Source: Methanobacteriota archaeon
GTDB lineage: Archaea > Thermoplasmatota > Poseidoniia > Poseidoniales > Poseidoniaceae
DNA: 32,101 nucleotides
Assembly: GCA_018650165.1 (NCBI GenBank)
Contig: JABIGM010000030.1
Span: 1 to 32,101 of the forward strand
Direction: 5' to 3'
Shown here: piece after piece, positions 7,231 through 15,700 of the stretch
How positions within the stretch are numbered: position 1 is the first letter of the stretch
Layout: every line of letters begins with the position of its first letter
Position numbers and translations under genes: made by a program
The notes under the pieces: generated by a model
What the model saw: the letters and a program-made list of their open reading frames with translations, nothing else
Told to the model about the DNA's origin: nothing
The model's database searches: none

Positions 7231-9291
7231 ATGCGTGGCGAGCCGGGTCTCTCTTGGTTGGCACATCCCACTCCAAGGGAAGGGCAAATCGAAATGATTG
7301 CCGAATGCCTTGAAACGCTCAAGAAAGGCGGAGCACATCTCGCTAGTGCACCCACTGGTATTGGAAAAACCGCTGCAGCATTAGCGGCAGCGTTAGAGTT
7401 CGCAACCTCGTTTGAAGAGCGAAAAACAATCATGTTCTTGACACCAAGACAAAGTCAACACAGAATTGTGGTGGACACTGTACGCCGGATTAATGCAATT
7501 AGAAAGGGCGAAAAGATCACCCTAGTAGATATGATTGGCCAAGCCAATATGTGTGTTGAACCATTTGCAGGAACAAGAGGTGCTAGTTTCTCATTACTGT
7601 GCTCAAGCCATCGTAAGAATAAGCAATGTCGACCTTGGATTACAAGTGCTCCTGGATTTGAAAAAAGAATTCTTTCCGACCCCATGCATGTTGGTGAATT
7701 AGTTGAAATGAGTAAAACACATATCGAAGATGGTGCGAAACGGCAAACATGCCCGTGGAAGGCTGCAAGAAATGCAGCTAAAGAAGCACAAATTATCGTA
7801 TGTGATTACAATCATCTATTCATCGAAGAAGTCCGCAGTGCTTCACTGAAAGCAATGGACTTGAGATTAGATGATCTGGTAGTAGTCATCGACGAAGCCC
7901 ACAACCTTCCCGACCGAGTTAGGATGGGGATGCAACGTAAACTCACCCCAACAATGGTACGAAATGCTGCCAGTGAGGTTGAAGAGCACCTAGGTAACTT
8001 GCAACGAGTTGCTCAAATAAATGGTGATACAAATACATCAGTCATGGTAAAATCGTGGAGCCTTGCTGTTTGCAAAGAGTTCAGATTAGTGTTGGCAAGG
8101 GAATTCCGCCGCATGCTTTCAGAATTAAAGGATGAAAAGGAAATGCGTATTGAGGCTGAAAATGTTCTAGCATGGTTGGATGAGGCTTTTGATAAGGTAA
8201 ACGCTACTGCAAATCAAGCCACCCTCAACGGTAATGATGTTACAGCAATAACCCCCGACAAAAATACTCGCCTTCAAATGTTCAAGCACCTACTTGAAAC
8301 CAATGAAGTTGAGATTGACGATGACGGAGATAATGAGCCCTCAGCCCACCTTTTGGCCCACTTAATCAATGTTCTAGCACGATTTGGAAATGGCTCCGCA
8401 TTATGCTTGGTTTTCGAAGGTGAAGGAAAGGATGGGCGCATCATCTCACATCTTCTTGATGCAGGCTTGGTTGCGGAACCAATTCTAGAAAAGACCGCAG
8501 GTGCCATTCTAATGTCTGGAACCCTAGACCCACCACATATGTTTGCTGATTTACTAGGAATTCCCAAAGCAGCGCGGGGCGAATCGATTCATTCATCTCC
8601 GTTTGCCAAAGAGCGCAGGCCGATTGTAGTAGCGAGTGACGTTACGACGCTATACCGTGAAAGAGGCGAGGCCAATACTCAGAGAATTCGGGAACACATC
8701 TATTCTCTTGTGCAAAATACCCCTGGGAACGTTGCTGTTTTCGTTCCATCTTATCGCCACTTGGAAAATATCTTTAAATCTGTACACATACCTGGTGTAA
8801 AAAAAATGATTGAATTAAGAAGTTGGACGAAACAGGATATCGGATCTTTGATGATCGACCTAAAAGACGCACCAAGAATGGGCCGTAAAATCCTCTTGGC
8901 AGGAGTATTCAATGGTAAATTATCTGAAGGAATCGACTATGCCGATGGAATTCTGGATGCGGTTGCATGTGTTGGAATTCCGAATGCCCCCCCATCGGTA
9001 TTTCAGAAATCTTTTGGAAATTACATCAAGGATAAATTTGGCTCCACTAACCATTGGCGATATGCAAATTCTCAACCTGCGATTAATTCGATTTTACAAG
9101 CAATGGGTCGCCCGATAAGAGCTATAGGAGACCGAGCACTAATCGTATTGCTAGACAGAAGACATACTGAGCGCACATATTCGATGTGTTATCCCCCCGG
9201 CACTAAGATGAACCAAACATCAAATGCAGAATCAACTGGACGGTTTGCAAAACGATTCTTTTCCAAAGTTCACAGAGAGACTGAAATCTGA
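7231..9291 (+). CDS. xpd: XPD/Rad3-type 5'-3' DNA helicase (DinG family, Fe-S)
   Basis: Q-motif PREGQ, Walker A APTGIGKT, Fe-S Cys cluster (MC...LLC...QC...CPW), DEAH box, MSGTL, SEGIDY and QAMGRPIR. Confidence 0.93.
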   Translation: MRGEPGLSWLAHPTPREGQIEMIAECLETLKKGGAHLASAPTGIGKTAAALAAALEFATSFEERKTIMFLTPRQSQHRIVVDTVRRINAIRKGEKITLVDMIGQANMCVEPFAGTRGASFSLLCSSHRKNKQCRPWITSAPGFEKRILSDPMHVGELVEMSKTHIEDGAKRQTCPWKAARNAAKEAQIIVCDYNHLFIEEVRSASLKAMDLRLDDLVVVIDEAHNLPDRVRMGMQRKLTPTMVRNAASEVEEHLGNLQRVAQINGDTNTSVMVKSWSLAVCKEFRLVLAREFRRMLSELKDEKEMRIEAENVLAWLDEAFDKVNATANQATLNGNDVTAITPDKNTRLQMFKHLLETNEVEIDDDGDNEPSAHLLAHLINVLARFGNGSALCLVFEGEGKDGRIISHLLDAGLVAEPILEKTAGAILMSGTLDPPHMFADLLGIPKAARGESIHSSPFAKERRPIVVASDVTTLYRERGEANTQRIREHIYSLVQNTPGNVAVFVPSYRHLENIFKSVHIPGVKKMIELRSWTKQDIGSLMIDLKDAPRMGRKILLAGVFNGKLSEGIDYADGILDAVACVGIPNAPPSVFQKSFGNYIKDKFGSTNHWRYANSQPAINSILQAMGRPIRAIGDRALIVLLDRRHTERTYSMCYPPGTKMNQTSNAESTGRFAKRFFSKVHRETEI

Positions 9292-9327
9292 AAGGTTCAA
9301 TATGTGCCGGCACTGGAGGGTAGTACT

Positions 9328-9750
9328 ATGGAAGAGTGGGAAGAGGTCGAAATTCAAACTGTCAGCGACGGCTTTGATGCTAGTCCAACTGAACTTCATG
9401 CGGCTTTCGAGATCTCTGGAGACCATCTAGCTGAAGTCCGTGACCGTCATACTATGATGCTAGTTACTTCAGGTGAATTACCTGAAAACCACATGGCAGA
9501 AATTGCTCCTGAGCGTCGATTGAATTGGATGATAGATGAACTAAATGGTCGACGACACAGTGATGGACTTTCACTACCACTTCACGGTGCAGATGATTCG
9601 ATGATTGATCTATCCAAAGGTGAAATCGAAGGCTCTAGCATTCTAAAATTACGCGTAGGGGAAAATTTCGTTCGAAATCTACCACTACCTGCAGGCGTCG
9701 ATTCGATTAAGGCGTCATTCAAAGATGGCGTCTTAAATCTTCGTTGGTAA
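9328..9750 (+). CDS. Protein with C-terminal Hsp20/alpha-crystallin-like domain
   Basis: The C-terminus RNLPLPAGVDSIKASFKDGVLNLRW matches the LP..V...kA.f.dGvL.l motif. GGAGGG precedes ATG 9328. Confidence 0.6.
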   Translation: MEEWEEVEIQTVSDGFDASPTELHAAFEISGDHLAEVRDRHTMMLVTSGELPENHMAEIAPERRLNWMIDELNGRRHSDGLSLPLHGADDSMIDLSKGEIEGSSILKLRVGENFVRNLPLPAGVDSIKASFKDGVLNLRW

Positions 9751-12700
9751 TCAGCGATTTGGAATCTCAATAACCTGTCCAAGTTCACTTACCACTCGTG
9801 TCAATGCTTCTTGTGCATTGGCTTTGTGGCTTTCACCCATCTCGTGACGACTATACCTTGCTTCTTCAAACACATTATCCAGTGCATTCAATGCATCTTC
9901 AGACAACTGCGGCAGAGCAGATCGAATCGCCATTTCGAATTCCCGAACTGTTTCGAAATCACGTCGCAAGAATCCACGTCCCATCAGTACGTGGACAAGG
10001 CTCTCGTAGCATTGGAAGATTGCTTCACGCATTGAATCTCCGGCTGCAAGTAATTCAGCAGTGTATGAGAATATGTCTGCAAGTTCTTTCGCAGCTTCAT
10101 CTGCTCTACGACGCATGATTACAAACGCAGCCCCTGCACCGATTACGAGGAGTGCAACAATATATGCCCACCACGGTACATTTGAACCTTCATCAGCAAA
10201 TGTGTAGTCTGGACTTTTGCCAGCACTGAAATCATTATTGAAGGCATTAACAGACTCCGTAGATAAGATTCCATTGCTAGTAACTGTCATCTTTAGCACA
10301 ATAGGCCCATACTCTGAATAGTCCCCATAAGGTATCTCCGAATTGAATTCAAATTCTGCGAGTCCATCGGAATCAGTTTGTATCGTCAAATCATTGATTC
10401 TAATTCCATTCGCATACTCTAGATATACATTGATGACAATTCCTTCAACACCTTGGCCTGTATCATCTGCAGTAACTGTTATTTCGCCCATTACAACTTC
10501 TTGCTCATCCTCAATAATTGGCTCAATGTCAACATCAAATGTAGCATCGATTGTAATTGCAATCGAGTTTGTCCATGCATCACCTGTACGTAGGTAGAGG
10601 GAGGAATTAACCGGGGTTTGTAACGACAATTGTGTCGGACCAGGTTCCATCCATGATGGCGCTATTGCAGTTAGAGTAAATGTACCACCATTCCAGATAA
10701 TATTCGAATTAATACATCGTGCATCTGAACCACTTGAACCACAGTCTACTCCTTCTCCAAGGATGAGTTCTGCCGCATCGATAGTGACTCCTTGGCCACC
10801 TATCTCAGTTACTCGTCCTGTAATTACAATTGGATTGTTTATTCCGTCGCCACGGACAACATAACTGACGGCAGAATCAATGTGCACGGTAACATCTGCC
10901 CAAACCAGTACTGTCGAATTAGAATCGATAGGTAGGTGCCCTGCACTACCTTCGAAACTGAATGTCATAAGATGTGCACCACGTGCATATGCAGATTCTG
11001 CACGGATATCTGTAGTAAACTCACCATTTATCGAAGTGATAGCAGTAGCAACCTGAGAACCATCGATATAGATCAAAATTGTTTCACCTGGTAAGCCATC
11101 ATTTAGTGCAGTATCGACATCATATAGTGTTCCTGAAACTTCCCAGAAATCATCGCGTGTTGCATCATTATCTACAATATCGATTGTAATTCCAGTACGG
11201 TGTGCAAGGAAGAAGGTTGTATTTCCTTGACCTGCCCGATACCAACCTTGTGCTGGAACTTCTGCATCCACTATGTGGTCACCATCGGTAAAGATATTCG
11301 GAACTTGCCAGTCAAAGGAGAAATTACCATTCGCATCTGTGGTTGCATTACCAATTGAAATTCCTTCAATTGAAACTAGTACAACCATATTCGATAGTGG
11401 ATTCATTTGGTTATCACCAACAAATCCATCCAGCGTAGTCATCTGATCTACTGCTAATGGTGATTCAATATTTATCTCAACAAATATCTTCGAATAAATA
11501 TTCCAAGTACCATTATTGGAAGATGGTAGGTACTGAAGAGTACCGGTAAATCGTGTTTCAAGAAGAACAGGTCCTAGTTCTGCATCTGCAGGAACTGGGT
11601 GTACTGCATTGAATGTACCATCTGCACCGGTTGTGACATTTGTCAGGAATATTCCACCAAGCCAAATCTCAATGGTTTCACCTTCTAGCGGATTATCAAC
11701 AATATCTAGTAAACGTCCTTGAACGGTTAGTGTATCTTCTCGGTCAACTTGCCCACCTTGCGTCAATAACAGAATCTTAGTTGGAACTGCTACTGTAAAG
11801 TTCACTGAATCCACACTTGCATGATAGTATTCAGGGTTTGCACTGTCACCTTCACCAATTGGGTTAACCCAATCTCTTCCACCGGTGAAACTAGTCTGGA
11901 TATTATGTGGCCCAGCTGCTATGTTTTCTGGAGAAGTCCAAGCGAACATGAACACTCCATCTGCAGAATTGGATTGGACACTCGAGACCGGAACGCCGTC
12001 TATGAGTAAGTAGACTACTGCGATTGAATCTACACCATCGATTTGAAGTGGGTTGCCTAAATCATCCAATAGGGTTCCATTGACATAAAGAATATCGCCA
12101 GCGGTAATTGCCGATGAACTCTCAGTGATATTGATTTCAGTTTGTCCTAACACTACAAAGAGTACTGATGTATTATCCCCAATCAATCCTATTGTGCCCG
12201 GAGTCCCAAGGAATTCCGCATTCAAATTATGGAATCCAACAGGTAAGTTTGCAGGTGTTGTCAAATTCACATCAACGATTCCCAAAGCATCGGTAGTACC
12301 AACTGTTGTAACTGGAGTTCCATTCAGTGTTACTGTTACTTGAACTCCAACTACTGGAGAACCTGTGTTATCGAATAATTGCAATCTTGCATTTACATCA
12401 TCTCCTCTATCGGTACGGTCGTTTAGAGATGGCTGATTGACACCGTCAAGAGTTGGCGTCAAGAAAGTCAGCGTGGTGTAACCTCTACTATCGAACGATT
12501 GATTTGCGCTAGAGCCAGAATAATAATTCACAGATGGAATATATTGAGCTTCAGCAATATGTGTTCCAGCCATAAATCCAGAGCCCAAGGCAATTGTTGC
12601 TTCCCATGTACCATTAGCCAGAATTTGGCCATTGGATAATGTGAATCCAGTAGGTTGATCATCAATCAAGAACAAGACTGAGGCGCTTAGAGCAGCACCA

Positions 12701-15700
12701 TTACGCAACTGAAGACCGCTACCATTGTCACTCTCTATGGTTCCAGTTATGGTAAATGCGTCACCTGCCACTGGATTTGCAACAATTGGGTCAACGACCA
12801 TAATTGTAATCGAACGTACTGTGACTGTTGAAAGGTTTCGTTGTGCAGGCAATAAATCGAAACTTCCATTGTAGTAGAATGAAATCGAGATTAGTCCTAA
12901 TGGTTGGTCGAAAGGTATTGTATGAACGAAACTGGTTCTCCCTTGAGCATCGGTTGTATTAGATGCTAGCCAAGTTTCATCAAACTTTACATCGATTGTA
13001 TAACCACCTAAAGGTTGCCACATATTAGAGGATTCAACCATTTGTAAGGTCATGTTAACATCCTCACCGCGGTTGACAACCATTGGGTTAAGCGGTTGCA
13101 TACTCTCGAATAGTGTCACACCTTGAACTAGAATCGAGTGATTACTAGTATCTGTCAGGTAGAATGCTGATGAACCCTCGACTACTGAAATCACGAATGT
13201 ACGAGGTCCACGAAGAGTTCCATTGCTTAGCACATCTGTTGGTACTGAAAGGTTGAAACTTCCATTTATTGCAGTGTATACGCCATTAACTAATTTCTCA
13301 TCTGGGTTGTCCAACCAGAACATTTCAAGTGCTACAGCAGTTGTCAGATTTCTGCTTGCGTTATCGCCATCCTCAACTTGTCCCATTACTTGGAAATTAA
13401 CTCCTGCAGTAATAGTCGATGGTATTGAATCCACTCTGATATTAGATGGCACCTGTACTGTGACATTTACTTCAGTAAAGTTGCCCCAATGCCTTGTTGC
13501 ACCTGCTATCTTTGGAGAAGATACATCGTCAAGAACTTCCATTCGTAAGATGTACTGCCCCGGATCTACACCCGAAACAGTCCACAATAATGTTGCATTT
13601 CCTTCCGCATCACTAATTGCATTACCAATCGAAATATTTGCACCGCCATAGTCCAAGATATAGTTCACTTGCGCACCACTAACATTGGAATTATCAGCTA
13701 CATCACCGACCCAAGAATTGAGATCAACAGAACTATTCATTATCGCAATAATATCTGCCGGTTGGCCTTCTGGAGTTTCTACTATGACGTCGGATTCAAT
13801 ACCCCAAGTCGTAGAAGGCATTTGCGGAAGTGCGGGTGGTACTGCCGCATCGACATACTGGTAGTATGGGCCACCAGGTTGAGATGGTGTGTCGAAATCA
13901 GTCATGATTTGAAGATCATAAACTCCTGATGGCAAATTAGTTGGAGCTACTATCGTGACGTTATAGGTTCCAGTTGTGTTGTTAAGAAGGCCATTTGCCA
14001 AATCAATAGGCCCCATCACTGTAAGCAACTGGACCATTATTATTGAGTCGTTACCAAGTACTGCAGCACCTGTGACATCATCAGAAATATCTCCAACAAC
14101 CCATGTAGTGTTGCCAAGGTATGTCCAATCATTAATGACTACTACATTGACATCAATGGTACCCATTATCCTTAAGGTTGAACTATTACTAGATGGCAAA
14201 TAATACATATTCCCATCAAAGGCCATATCGAATGCATAATCTCCTGCATCCAAACTCGAACTTGTTGTAAAAGTCGGTGATAATGTGCTTGACCCCGGGT
14301 CAGTAGTGGTATTTTCAGTAGTTCCATCAAAGTCGAAAGTGAAATTACCAGATAAATTCAAATCCAATTCACCACCAAGATGGTCGGTTACTTGAACAAT
14401 AATTCCAACAGGATTGCCACGTAATTGAGATTGTGCTTGTAATTCAAGGAACAATAACCCTTGCAACCACCATGGGCTTCCAGAGGTATTCAGCGCATCG
14501 GTTGCATTGAGTGAATCGGGATAGAACACAAGAGATAGTTCGATTTCTCCAGCCTTCACATATGTGGTATTGATATCAAGAATGTGCGATATTGAGAATG
14601 CTCCATTGACTGTTTGATTGAATAATTCGACGAATGTTCCGCCTCCATTCAATTCTCTCATTCCAAATGATAGATTACCAGACAATGCTGACGGTACTGC
14701 TCCAAAGGACATCGTCGAGCCATTAATGTAAACTAATTCATCAATCTGAAGTATTGAATTATTCGCCCCCGGTCCTTCAATTGTTGCAGTTAGATTTGGT
14801 GCATCTCTTATGTCAAGAGTAATTGAATGAGTACTAGGTCGTAAGTGGAATTGTGGAGTTCCTGCAAACGATTGTGATGTATCTTGCCAGCCACTAAATC
14901 CTAGTGTTGCAGAAATATTGGTTTTCGTTTCAAGTTCATCCAGTGTGACATTGATTTCCCACACCCCGCCTGGTCCAACAGTGCCAGACAAGTTAGTTGC
15001 TCCATCCTCTGAAGAAGTGAAATCAAGCCAAACTGTTAGTGGACCAATGTCTTCTGACCCACCGGTTTCATTGTGTGCAAACAATAATTGTCCAGATACC
15101 ACAGTTGTTGCCCCAGCTCCTAAAACTGGAGAGTCTGCTGGACCGGGACTATTGTGAGTAATGTTAGAGTCATCAGTCATGTTGACAAAGACACCCAAAT
15201 CAATTCCATCGTGTGAAACATATCCGCTTTGAATATGTTCAATCACAATACTAGCAAATCCTGGAGTCGCTGGTGTATCCATTGTTCCATTCATTGAGAA
15301 GTTTCCATTTGAATCGGTAGTGATTGTTCCAAATAGGTTACCAATAGATGCTGCCGGTCCGGGTACATCACCAGCGTCGGCAGCGCTTACTACGAAACCG
15401 CGTAGAGTAACATCAGGAATAACAGTAACATTGTCGACATATTGTAACGTACCAGATACATTCATTTCGACTAAACCAGTTCGGTCATATGAGGTAGGCG
15501 TCCAAGTGATGTTGACAATTTCAATTTCTTCTGGAGCCGGACATGCTTCGAAAGGAATCCATCCAAGATCATCGCCGCCACTTCCAGGGCTCATTTCAAG
15601 GCGAACTTCGCCCCATTGGTTGAGATTTGCACCATAAACCGCATATCCATTACCTGTCCAAGAACCTCCGCTATATCCTGTCACGAATCTAGCAGGTAGG

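Noticed and set aside
6887-7297. Short ORFs over the structured region (6887-7150, 6919-7125, 7109-7297)
   Set aside because: No recognisable motifs or composition bias; better explained as chance ORFs in GC-rich structured RNA.
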